Below are positions 55,735 to 64,000 of a DNA stretch of 64,000 nucleotides, one piece after another. Numbering within the stretch: the first letter of the stretch is position 1; each line of letters opens with the position of its first letter. The position numbers and the translations under genes are program-made. Source of the DNA: Candidatus Latescibacterota bacterium (GTDB lineage Bacteria > Latescibacterota > UBA2968 > UBA8231); the NCBI GenBank assembly GCA_965223905.1, contig CBDCXV010000010.1:1120001-1184000 (forward strand), in the 5' to 3' direction. The notes below the pieces were generated by a model. The model was not told where the DNA came from, ran no database searches, and saw only the letters and a program-made list of their open reading frames with translations.

Positions 55735-56708
55735 TTCAGCGCCTCGACGATGGTGTCGACGTTGGAGCGCACCATCCCGGCGTAGGTGTCCGCCCCGCTG
55801 CCGGCCGCCCCCATGGCGTCGGAATAAAGGGTGCCGCCGATGACGACCTCGTGGCCGCGGGCGAGACAGCCTGCGCGCACGGCGTTGATCGAGCGCTCAG
55901 GCACGCTGCTTTCGACGAAGATCGCCGGTACGCCGCGGGCGACGATGAGGTCGACGAGGTTGCGCACGTCGGCGACTCCGTACTCGGCAACGGTCGAGAT
56001 CCCCTGCAGGCCGACGACCTTGATTCCGTAGGCGCGGCCGAAGTAGCCGAAGGCGTCGTGGGCGGTGACCAGCACCCGCCGTTCCGCCGGGACCTGCTGC
56101 AGGCGCTCGCGAACCCAGTCATCGAGCTCGGCCAGCTCCGAGCCGTACCTCGCCCCGTTGGCCTCGAAAAGGGAGGCTCCCCCGGGGTCCGCTTTCGCCA
56201 GGGTGGCGGCGACGACGCTGATCGCCGAGCGCCACATGTCGACGTCGAACCAGATGTGGGGGTCGTAGTTGCCCTCGAACTCCGCGGGTTTGCGAAGCTG
56301 CTCTTCGGGAACGGCGCTCGAGACGGCGACCACCGTCCCGGAGCGGGCCATCTTGCGGAAGATCTGGTCGAGCTTGCCCTCGAGGAAGAGCCCGTTGTAG
56401 AAGATGACGCGGGCGGCGGCAAGGTGTTCGAGATCCCCCCGGGTGGCCTTGTAGTAGTGGGGATCGACGCCGGGCCCCATCAGGCCGGTCACCTCGACCC
56501 GGGAGCCGCCGACTTCGGCGACCATGTCGGCGATCATACCGGTGGTCGCAACCACCTTGAGGCCGCCCGGGCGGGACTGGCCGGTTTCGACCCGGGGATC
56601 GGTGCACCCGGCCATGTAGGCCGCGGCGATGACGACAGCGACGATTCCCGCCATCATCCTGGAAGGGTTGCGTTCCCATTTTTTCCAGTGGGATGCGAAT
56701 GAAAGCAT
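55731..56708 (-). CDS. troA: Mn/Zn/Fe-binding lipoprotein (TroA/MntA cluster A-I)
   Basis: Lipobox MAGC; LMGPGVDPH; YNGL.LEG; DPHIWFD; TAHDAFGYF; FVESSV; LYSDAMG. Confidence 0.9.
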   Translation of the reverse strand: MLSFASHWKKWERNPSRMMAGIVAVVIAAAYMAGCTDPRVETGQSRPGGLKVVATTGMIADMVAEVGGSRVEVTGLMGPGVDPHYYKATRGDLEHLAAARVIFYNGLFLEGKLDQIFRKMARSGTVVAVSSAVPEEQLRKPAEFEGNYDPHIWFDVDMWRSAISVVAATLAKADPGGASLFEANGARYGSELAELDDWVRERLQQVPAERRVLVTAHDAFGYFGRAYGIKVVGLQGISTVAEYGVADVRNLVDLIVARGVPAIFVESSVPERSINAVRAGCLARGHEVVIGGTLYSDAMGAAGSGADTYAGMVRSNVDTIVEALK

Positions 56709-56714
56709 GACGAC

Positions 56715-56743
56715 AATTTAGTCTTGGCTAAATTTAAAGTCAA
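56715..56743 (-). promoter_or_regulatory. troA promoter overlapped by a DtxR/MntR/SirR-type palindrome
   Basis: -35 TTGACT (56743-56738), 17 nt, -10 TAAATT (56720-56715). Palindrome AATTTAG-TCTTGG-CTAAATT at 56715-56734. Confidence 0.75.
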
Positions 56744-56981
56744 TGACCAGCTAGTGGCCTCCCCCGCATGATGGAATTTCCGCAATTCAAAAGGGAGGGA
56801 AGGCGTGGCGGATCGATCCGGGCATGCCAGGCGGGAAGGGGGGCGCGAACTGGTTTCCGGAGGGTCTGGTTTTCCGGTGCCGTGTCCCTGCCGTGCCGGG
56901 TTCCCTCGCCGCGCCTATCTTGCGAGCGGTGGTTCCGGAATAGAGAACAGGCTGCCGAGGCCGTTACCAGGAGAGGACAGG

Positions 56982-57875
56982 ATGAACCGAGTTCTTGCGA
57001 CCGCTGCGGCCCTGGCGGCGACCTTGTCGCCCGCTGCGGCTGAGGATTTCTACGCCCACTGGGGAGACGGACGCGCCGAGCTCTCGAGTTACCGCATCGA
57101 GCAGCCCCGCTACGGGGAGTCGAGAGAGGCGTACGGGGTGCTGATCTTCGTCACCGAAGACCTGCACGCCGGCACCGGGATCAAGGTGGAGTCTCCGGCT
57201 CCCGCGGCCGACCGCGTATACGTCCTCAAGCTCAACAACGTGCTGAAGTTCACGACCGGTATCTACGACTACTCGGTGATGACGTCGGTATTCAGCGCCG
57301 TGGAGCCGCGTACCGGGGCGGAGCCGTTCGAGCTGTGGAAGGTCAGCCTGAGCTCGCAGGAGTGGTGCGGGCACGTGTTCGAGGAAGTGCGCGTCGCACC
57401 GGATTCCCTGCGGGGGGACCTCAACAGCTACTTCGAGCGCGAGGGCCGCCAGCAGTGGAGCCTGCAAACGCCGGCGGATTTCGGAAGCGAGGACAACCTG
57501 CTGATCCGCATCCGCGAGCTGAAGGGGGAGTGGATGAAGACCGGGGAGGCGCGCCAGCTCCGGCTGCTGCCGGGTCTGTGGAAGGTCCGGGCGCGCGAGG
57601 CGCCGCGAGAGCTGGTGCACGCCACCCTGACCAAGGGCGCAGTCGAGGAGATCGAGGCAGGCGGGATTCCTGCGGCCGCGGTGCGCTGGACCTGGGGGTA
57701 CGGCCACGGGCAGACGGTGGTCTGGGTCGAGCAGGCCGCCCCCCGCCGCATACTGGCGTGGCGGGACTCGGGCGGCAGCTCGGGGCAGCTGATGCGCACC
57801 CTCCGCGTCCCCTACTGGGAGCTGCAAAGCAACGGCGACGAGACCTACCGCGAGCAGCTGGGGATTCCGAAGTAG
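56982..57875 (+). CDS. Conserved secreted hypothetical protein
   Basis: ATG 56982 after GAGGA; signal peptide MNRVLATAAALAATLSPAAA; W.DGRAELSSY..EQ.RYGE, LIFVTED, VLKLN, TGIYDYS.MTSVF, QEWCGH, YW.. Confidence 0.7.
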   Translation: MNRVLATAAALAATLSPAAAEDFYAHWGDGRAELSSYRIEQPRYGESREAYGVLIFVTEDLHAGTGIKVESPAPAADRVYVLKLNNVLKFTTGIYDYSVMTSVFSAVEPRTGAEPFELWKVSLSSQEWCGHVFEEVRVAPDSLRGDLNSYFEREGRQQWSLQTPADFGSEDNLLIRIRELKGEWMKTGEARQLRLLPGLWKVRAREAPRELVHATLTKGAVEEIEAGGIPAAAVRWTWGYGHGQTVVWVEQAAPRRILAWRDSGGSSGQLMRTLRVPYWELQSNGDETYREQLGIPK

Positions 57876-57978
57876 CAGGCCCGGTTTCCGCAGTCCCGGC
57901 TCAGATTGCCCGCCGCGGCCCCATGGGATAGGTTGGAGACCTTCCGCCTCTCATCCCGATCAACGGAGCCGCAAATCC

Positions 57979-58746
57979 ATGGCCGAAACGCCCGACCGCG
58001 ACCTGCTCGAGAAGCTCCGCAGGTTCGACACCCCCTCGATCACCAACGTCGTCGCCACCTACCCGAACAACCCGCTCTGCCTCGGCTTGTACCATCCCTG
58101 GACGGAGAACTGGTACACCGATCAGCGCATCCGCTGCATGTATCCCGAGCTGGGAGCGGTCGCCGGGTACGCGGTGACCTGCGTCTTCGGCATGCCCGAC
58201 CCCAACTTCAACCGCCTGTCGTTCATGGACGTGCTCGACGCCCTCGAGGCTTCGCGGCAACCGGCGATTCTCGCCTTCGAGCAGAAATTCCCGCGCCGGC
58301 TCGCCGGCAAGGTGGGGTTGGCCGGGGGCAACATGGTAACGGCGATGAAGGCGGTCGGCTGTATCGGGGCGATTTCCAACGGCCCCTCCCGCGACGTCGA
58401 GGAGATCCGGCCGATGGAGTTCCAGTACCTGCTGAGCGGGGTCACCCCCGGACACGGGGAGATGCAGCTCCACGCCGTCAACGTGCCGGTGTCGATCTCG
58501 GGGATGGACGTCAGCCCGGGGGAGATCATCCACATGGACGAGCACGGGGCCTGCAAATTTCCCGCCGAGCACCTGCGGGCGGTGCACGACAATGTCGCCA
58601 CCCTGCTCGCCGAGGAAGCGGAGCAGCAGGCGCGCATGCGGAAGGCGACGTCGGCGGCGGAGCTGCGCGCTATTTTCGCCGGTCACACCTACGGCGACCA
58701 GGACAGGGCCGGGAAGCGAAAAGCCGCGAAAAAGAAAAAGAAGTAG
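57979..58746 (+). CDS. RraA / HMG-CHA aldolase-like protein
   Basis: FDTPSITN; GYAVT; G.NM...MKAVG..G.I.NG..RDVEEI; VPV.I.G..V.PGEIIH.D.HG. Confidence 0.8.
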   Translation: MAETPDRDLLEKLRRFDTPSITNVVATYPNNPLCLGLYHPWTENWYTDQRIRCMYPELGAVAGYAVTCVFGMPDPNFNRLSFMDVLDALEASRQPAILAFEQKFPRRLAGKVGLAGGNMVTAMKAVGCIGAISNGPSRDVEEIRPMEFQYLLSGVTPGHGEMQLHAVNVPVSISGMDVSPGEIIHMDEHGACKFPAEHLRAVHDNVATLLAEEAEQQARMRKATSAAELRAIFAGHTYGDQDRAGKRKAAKKKKK

Positions 58747-58771
58747 CGGGCAAGCGCTTCGCCCCACTGCC

Positions 58772-59612
58772 ATGACGGAAAGGGAGCTCATCACCCGCTC
58801 CTACGACGACGGGGCGCAACGCGAGTACGGTCGGTTGCTGCTGTCTCCACTGCATGAAGCGGAGTGGGAGCTGACGGTCGAGCTGATCGACGAGTACGTC
58901 GCCGAGGGCTCGAAGGTCGTCGACATCGGGGCGGGGCCGGGCCGCTACTCGGAGTACCTGCTGAAGCGGCGGGGGTGCGAGGTCGGCCTGGTCGATCTCT
59001 CGGGGAGCTGCCTGGCGCTGTTCAACAGCCGCATCGGCGAAGCCCACCGCGGCCGCGTGCAGTTCACCTGGAAATCCTGCGCCACCGACCTGAGCTGGAT
59101 CCCGGGAGGAGCAGTTCGACGCCGCCCTGCTGATGGGGCCGCTCTACCACCTGCTGGAGGAGGAAGAACGCCGCCGGGCGATCGCCGAAACCTGCCGCGT
59201 CCTCAAGCCGGGTGGAATCGCCGTCGCCTCGTTCATCAGCCGCTACCCGGTGTTCTCGCGCATGCTCACGCACGACCCTTCCCTGCTGCACGACGCCGCC
59301 TTCCTCGACGACCTGCTCGACCGGGGCCTGGTCCGGGCCGCGAGCGGCATCACCTCGATGACCGACCACTTCCGCTGCTGGCCGCAGGAGGCGAGGGCCA
59401 TGATGGAAGCAGGGGGCTTCGAGACCCTGCGCATGCGCAACCTCGAGGGAGTCGGGGCATTCTTCCAGGTCCGCCAGGAGAAGGTCCTGGCGGAAGAGCG
59501 GGACAAACAGGCCTGGTTCGACATTCTGCGCAGAACCTGCGAGCTCCCCGACCTGCTGGGGGCCACCCTGCATTTCCTCCACGTCGGCAGAAAGAACCGG
59601 GGCAATGCCTGA
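58772..59612 (+). pseudogene. Class I SAM-dependent methyltransferase split by a +1 frameshift near 59105
   Basis: VVDIGAGPGRYS...LVDLS...ATDLS in one frame; FDAALLMGPLYHL...RVLKPGG in the next. One extra G in CCGGGAGGAG. Confidence 0.75.
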
Positions 59613-60510
59613 GCTGCCGGACGTCGCCCTCTACATCGACGCCCTCGGCCGCGACATCGGCGGCAGGACCATCGCCGGGACCGAGCTGAGGAGCCCGTTC
59701 TTCGTGCGTTCCTTCGACCCGGGGCTCGAGGCCGCCGACGGCAGGGAGGTGCGCGGGTTCCGCCGCATCGGCAAGAGGATCGTCTGGGAGCTGGAGGGGG
59801 AGCTGTTCCTCGTCTTCCACCTGATGATCGCCGGCCGCTACCACTGGAGGAAGCCCGGTTCGAAACCGAGGGGCAGGATCGACCTGGCGGCGTTCCATTT
59901 CGACCAAGGGGTTCTGATGGTGACCGAGGCGGGGTCGAAGAAGCGCGCCTCCCTGCACGTCGTTCAGGGTGAGGCCGGCCTGGCGGGCCACGACCCGGGG
60001 GGGATCGAGGTGCTCGACGCCGGGGTGGAGGAGTTCCGGGGGGCGCTGCTGAGCGAGAACCACACCCTCAAGCGCTCCCTCACCGATCCCCGCCTGTTCA
60101 GCGGCATAGGCAACGCCTACTCCGACGAAATCCTCCATGCCGCCCGCCTCTCCCCGGTCAGGTGGACGAGCCGGCTGAGCGAAGAGGAAATCGCGCGGCT
60201 GCACGAGGCGGCGCGCTCGACCCTGGCGCTGTGGATCGAGCGGCTCCGCCGCGAAGGCGCCGACAGTTTTCCCGAAAAGGTCACCGCCTTCCGCCCGGGA
60301 ATGGCGGCCCACGGCCGTTTCGGTGAGCCGTGTCCGGTCTGCGGGACGCCGATTCAGCGCATCGAGTACGCCGCCAACGAGACCAACTACTGTCCGCGCT
60401 GCCAGACCGGGGGAAAGATCCTCGCCGACCGCCAGCTCTCGAAGCTGCTCAAGAAGGACTGGCCGCGAACGATCGACGAGCTGGAGAACCGCCGGGGGTT
60501 CGGCGTCTGA
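59605..60510 (+). CDS. Fpg/Nei-family DNA glycosylase
   Basis: MPELPDV; R.GKRI; HLMIAG; H2TH SGIGNAYSDEIL; zinc finger CPVC...CPRCQ. Confidence 0.9.
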   Translation: MPELPDVALYIDALGRDIGGRTIAGTELRSPFFVRSFDPGLEAADGREVRGFRRIGKRIVWELEGELFLVFHLMIAGRYHWRKPGSKPRGRIDLAAFHFDQGVLMVTEAGSKKRASLHVVQGEAGLAGHDPGGIEVLDAGVEEFRGALLSENHTLKRSLTDPRLFSGIGNAYSDEILHAARLSPVRWTSRLSEEEIARLHEAARSTLALWIERLRREGADSFPEKVTAFRPGMAAHGRFGEPCPVCGTPIQRIEYAANETNYCPRCQTGGKILADRQLSKLLKKDWPRTIDELENRRGFGV

Positions 60511-60627
60511 CCGGTCCGACCGGGAAAAAGCGTGGCCTCCGGCGATTGCCACTGACTCCCGAGCGCATTAATTTTCAATGCTTTACGTCAATATCCCAGA
60601 TAAATCCCAAGGCCTCCCGAAGCAGCG

Positions 60628-61740
60628 ATGATCGACTCCCAGGATTTCAGGATCGCCGATCCTGACGGCATCGAAACGCCCGCCATGGTCCTGTTCGAGG
60701 CCATGGTGGATCACAATATCGCGGCGATGGCGGAAGAGGCCGGCGGGGCCGCGAGGCTGATGCCGCACGTCAAGACCCACAAGTCGCAGGCGGTAGCCGG
60801 CAAGCAGCTCGAGTCCGGGGTCAGCGGTTTCAAGTGCGCGACCCTCCGGGAGCTGCAGATGGTGCTCGAGGCCGGCGCCGAGGAGGCGATCCTGTCGTAC
60901 CCACTGGTGCAGCGCTCCAAGGTCGAGCGCCTCGCCGAGCTGACCGCCGCACATCCGGGCGCCCTCGTCCACGCCATAGTCAGCAGCGATTGCCACGTCG
61001 ATGTCCTGGCCTCGGTGGCGCGGGAGAAATCCCTGACCCTGCACGCGATGCTCGACCTCGACGCCGGCCAGCACCGGACGGGGGTGGCGTTCGGGGAACC
61101 GGCGATGGCCCTGTACCGGCGCCTGGCGCGCGAGGATCACCTCGAGGGAAGCGGCCTGCACATCTACGACGGGCACGAGCACTTCAGCGACCGCACCCTG
61201 CGGGAGGCCGCGGCCAACCGCCACATAGAGGAGGCAGGAAAGCTCATCGCCGCGCTCGAGGCCGAGGGGATGGAGGTCCGGCGCGTCGTCGGCGGCAGCA
61301 GCTTCTCCTATCCGTTCTACGCCCGCTCCGAGGGGATGCTCGGTTCCCCCGGGGCCTGCATCTACTGGGATGCCGGCTACCAGGGCGGGATGCCGGACAC
61401 CCCTTTCCGGTTCGCCGCCCTGGTGCTGACCCAGGTCGTCGACCGCCACCCCGACCAGAAGACCTTCACGACCGATCTCGGGTACAAGGCGATCGCCGGA
61501 GATCCGCCGCTGTCCAGCCGGGCCAGCCTGCTCGGCATGGGGGGTGCCCACCTGGCCAGGCAGAACGAGGAGCACGGCGTCTTCGCCTGCGACGGCGACC
61601 TGCCCGGGATAGGGACCTACCTGCTCGCCGTCCCCGGGCACGTCTGCCCGACGACGGTCCGCTACCCGGGCAGCTACGTGATCGGCGGCGAAGGGCAGGT
61701 CGTCGACTACTACCCGCACTCCGCCCGCGACCGCTCCTAG
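60628..61740 (+). CDS. D-threonine aldolase / D-serine dehydratase-like PLP enzyme (alanine racemase fold)
   Basis: ETP; PHVKTHKS; DLDAGQHRTG; HIYDGH; DLGYKAI; NEEHG; PGHVCPT. Confidence 0.85.
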   Translation: MIDSQDFRIADPDGIETPAMVLFEAMVDHNIAAMAEEAGGAARLMPHVKTHKSQAVAGKQLESGVSGFKCATLRELQMVLEAGAEEAILSYPLVQRSKVERLAELTAAHPGALVHAIVSSDCHVDVLASVAREKSLTLHAMLDLDAGQHRTGVAFGEPAMALYRRLAREDHLEGSGLHIYDGHEHFSDRTLREAAANRHIEEAGKLIAALEAEGMEVRRVVGGSSFSYPFYARSEGMLGSPGACIYWDAGYQGGMPDTPFRFAALVLTQVVDRHPDQKTFTTDLGYKAIAGDPPLSSRASLLGMGGAHLARQNEEHGVFACDGDLPGIGTYLLAVPGHVCPTTVRYPGSYVIGGEGQVVDYYPHSARDRS

Positions 61741-61759
61741 GCTCGGTCGAGCCCGTCCC

Positions 61760-62446
61760 ATGAAGCCGCCGCCGCGCTCACCCTTCTCGGTGAACTGGCT
61801 GGTCCACAGCATCCACCGGCGCTGCGTCGAGGACGCGGTCAGCCGCTGCGCCCGCGGCCGCATCCTCGACGTCGGCTGCGGCGAGCGGCCGTTCGCGCCC
61901 CAGCTTGCCGCCGCGGGGGAAGCCCTGACCCATCTCGAGTTCGACCGCCGCCGCTTCGCCGCTTCTCCTCCCGATGTATGGGGGGACGCCCTCGCCCTGC
62001 CGTTCCGGGAGGACAGCTTCCAGACCGTGGTCTCCTTCCAGGTACTAGAGCACGTGCCGCGGCCGGCGCGGATGGTCGAGGAGATGGCGCGGGTGCTGGC
62101 CCCTGGCGGTTGCCTGATCGTGACCGCCCCCCACATGTGGGGAGTCCACGAGGAGCCCCGCGACTATTTCCGCTTCACCGGCTTCGGACTGCGCCAGCTC
62201 GCCGGGGACGCCGGCCTCGAGGTGGCGAGCGTGCGGGCCCTGGCGGGCTACTGGGTGACCGCGGCGGCGCGCGCCTGCCAGTATCTGCAGCAGTTCGAGA
62301 AGATCGGTCTCGCCTGGGTGACGCGGCCGCTCTACGCGCTGATCCAGGTAGCCGGCCTCCTCCTCGACAGGCTCCACCGCGTCGAAGGAGACGCGTGGAA
62401 CTTCCTGCTGATCGCCGAGCGCCCCGGAGGAGGGGGGGCACTGTGA
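61760..62446 (+). CDS. Class I SAM-dependent methyltransferase (glycan-locus type)
   Basis: ILDVGCGERP; GDALALPF; QVLEHVP; RVLAPGG; HEEPRDYFRFT. Confidence 0.85.
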   Translation: MKPPPRSPFSVNWLVHSIHRRCVEDAVSRCARGRILDVGCGERPFAPQLAAAGEALTHLEFDRRRFAASPPDVWGDALALPFREDSFQTVVSFQVLEHVPRPARMVEEMARVLAPGGCLIVTAPHMWGVHEEPRDYFRFTGFGLRQLAGDAGLEVASVRALAGYWVTAAARACQYLQQFEKIGLAWVTRPLYALIQVAGLLLDRLHRVEGDAWNFLLIAERPGGGGAL

Positions 62447-63888
62447 CCGCGGTCCCCGTACGGCCCCTGGTCGACCCTCGCGACAGCCGCCTGATCGCCG
62501 CGGTCTGCGCGCTCATGTGCGCCGTCGCCGTGGGGCCTGCTTTCTGGTTTGCCCATTACGCCCCGCTGTTCGCCGCGGCCCTGCTGACCGCCGGCGCCAT
62601 GCTGTTCTCGGTCAGGCGCTCGCTGGTCGTCCTGCTCGTGGCGACCGCGGTGATTCCGGGACCGGTGCTCGAGCTCCTGCGCATACCCCTCGGGTTCAAG
62701 CTGACCGAGGTGCTGTTGATCGCAACCCTGCTGTTCCTGGTGATCGACGTCGTCTGGGCGCGCCGGCTGCGGGTGACGACCACGGATGTCGACGGCCTCG
62801 TCGCCGCCTTTCTCGCCGCTGCCCTGCTGTCGGCCCTGTTGGGGGTGCATTACGGCAACGACGACAAGGAGAGCATCCTCCGCAATCTCCGCTATCCCCT
62901 CTATTACGTCGCCTTCTTCGCCGCCACCCAGGCCTTCTCGGCCCGAGACGGGGCGCGCCTGATCGCACCGGTCCTCATGCTCGTCGGTCCGGTGGTGGGA
63001 GCGACCTACATCTTCGAGTTTCTCGGGGCCATCGACCTGTCGGCCGGGGAGCGCTTCTTTCGCGTCGCGCGCCCGCAGGGGGTGGTGTTGCCGGTGGCCA
63101 TGCTGCTGACAGCCAACCTCTTCATCCACGACCCGCGGCGCTTCGGGCGCCTGCTGCCGGCGCTGGCGTTCATTCCCACCGGGCTGGCGTTCGTCCTTAC
63201 CGTGGGGCGCGGGATGTGGCTCGCCTTCGCGGTCGGCCTGGCGGCGACTTTGTGGCTCAGACACCGCGCTCTGCCGTCCGGGGCGCGCAGGGCATGGGGC
63301 GCCGTGGTTCTCGCGGTGGCGGTAGTCGCCGTTCTCGCCGCTTCGGCACTTGTGTTCCAGCGCATCACCGGCGCCGCCATCACCGCGCACGCAGTCGAAC
63401 GCTCGCGCACCTTCGTCGACTACACCCGCGACGTGCAGGTGCTGGGGCGCCTCATCGGCTATTCCGAGGTACTGCGGGCGATTGCCGAGCGCCCGCTTCT
63501 CGGCAGCGGCCAGGGCAGGACCGTGAGGCTTTACGGCTTCAATCCCGACCAGGGCCGGTTCGAAACCTGGGACTCCTGGACCGTCGACAGCCTGTTCCTG
63601 ACCCTGTGGTTGAAGATGGGTCTGCCCGGGCTGATCCTTTTTTCGCTGTTGTATCTCCGCTTGCTGCGAACTTCCTGGGACCGGTTTCACTCAGGGGCCG
63701 TTGCCGACCAGCGCGCCTTCGCCGCCGGGGCCTTCAGCGCCCTGGTGGCGATGGGGGTCCTCGGCATCGCCGACGGCTCGATGATAAACGGCCGCTTCGC
63801 CGTTCTGTTCGCTATTCTGTTCGCCGCGGTGGCGCGCGCCGCCCCGGCCACGACCCAGACCCCCGGATCAGCGCATGCAGCTTCTTGA
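62443..63888 (+). CDS. O-antigen ligase/Wzy-like multi-TM protein
   Basis: GTG start overlaps the upstream stop; about 12 TMs; LTVGRGMWLA; R......I.ERPLLGSGQG; DS.FL.LW.KMGL.G. Confidence 0.75.
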   Translation: MTAVPVRPLVDPRDSRLIAAVCALMCAVAVGPAFWFAHYAPLFAAALLTAGAMLFSVRRSLVVLLVATAVIPGPVLELLRIPLGFKLTEVLLIATLLFLVIDVVWARRLRVTTTDVDGLVAAFLAAALLSALLGVHYGNDDKESILRNLRYPLYYVAFFAATQAFSARDGARLIAPVLMLVGPVVGATYIFEFLGAIDLSAGERFFRVARPQGVVLPVAMLLTANLFIHDPRRFGRLLPALAFIPTGLAFVLTVGRGMWLAFAVGLAATLWLRHRALPSGARRAWGAVVLAVAVVAVLAASALVFQRITGAAITAHAVERSRTFVDYTRDVQVLGRLIGYSEVLRAIAERPLLGSGQGRTVRLYGFNPDQGRFETWDSWTVDSLFLTLWLKMGLPGLILFSLLYLRLLRTSWDRFHSGAVADQRAFAAGAFSALVAMGVLGIADGSMINGRFAVLFAILFAAVARAAPATTQTPGSAHAAS

Positions 63889-64000
63889 GGAGATCGCCGC
63901 CAAGGGCAGCCGGCTCGTCGTCGGTCAGATGACGGGGACTTCCGTGGACGGCATCGACGCCGTGCTGGCCCGGATCTCCGCATCGGGGCCAGCCACCGGG
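63875..64000 (+). CDS. anmK: Anhydro-N-acetylmuramic acid kinase, N-terminal fragment (3'-truncated by the window edge)
   Basis: MQLLEEIAAKGSRLVVGQMTGTSVDGIDAVLARI matches the AnmK G.MSGTS.DG.D motif. Not in the ORF track. Confidence 0.75.
   Translation, partial: MQLLEEIAAKGSRLVVGQMTGTSVDGIDAVLARISASGPATG

Noticed and set aside
53632-55785. 717-aa plus-strand ORF
   Set aside because: Antisense shadow of troB/troC.

Overview
Bacterial chromosomal window from a GC-rich diderm. The SprA homologue, FlgD/CHU_C-tailed proteins, TWGxIK-tailed protein and ASPIC/UnbV protein suggest an FCB-superphylum lineage outside Bacteroidota, such as Latescibacterota or Gemmatimonadota relatives (inference). 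The left ~23 kb is a lower-GC block of secreted and envelope proteins: three paralogues sharing a hybrid PNPF(T/S)PNxDG(I/V)ND/FlgD C-terminal domain ending in Tyr, an 895-aa probable beta-barrel, a PpiC foldase, TPR proteins, ASPIC/UnbV-TPR and a membrane spermidine-synthase-like protein. It is interrupted by a decayed antisense group II intron (12147-14072) whose EBS1 reads as a Shine-Dalgarno sequence and which sits exactly beside an RBS. An ISL3 remnant marks the border to a higher-GC core region: lptFG; sprA-comEA-pilM-pilN/O-coaD-obgE-dprA-TauD family; an unusual ABC + TolC + two C-terminally anchored hairpin/Ig proteins operon; feoAB; a Tro/Mnt ABC system whose two permeases both carry DtxR-like domains; then metabolic, repair and envelope genes up to a partial anmK. 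DtxR-like palindromes precede the tro, feo and ABC/TolC operons. No rRNA, tRNA or CRISPR array was seen. All family calls come from motif recognition by eye; no searches were run.
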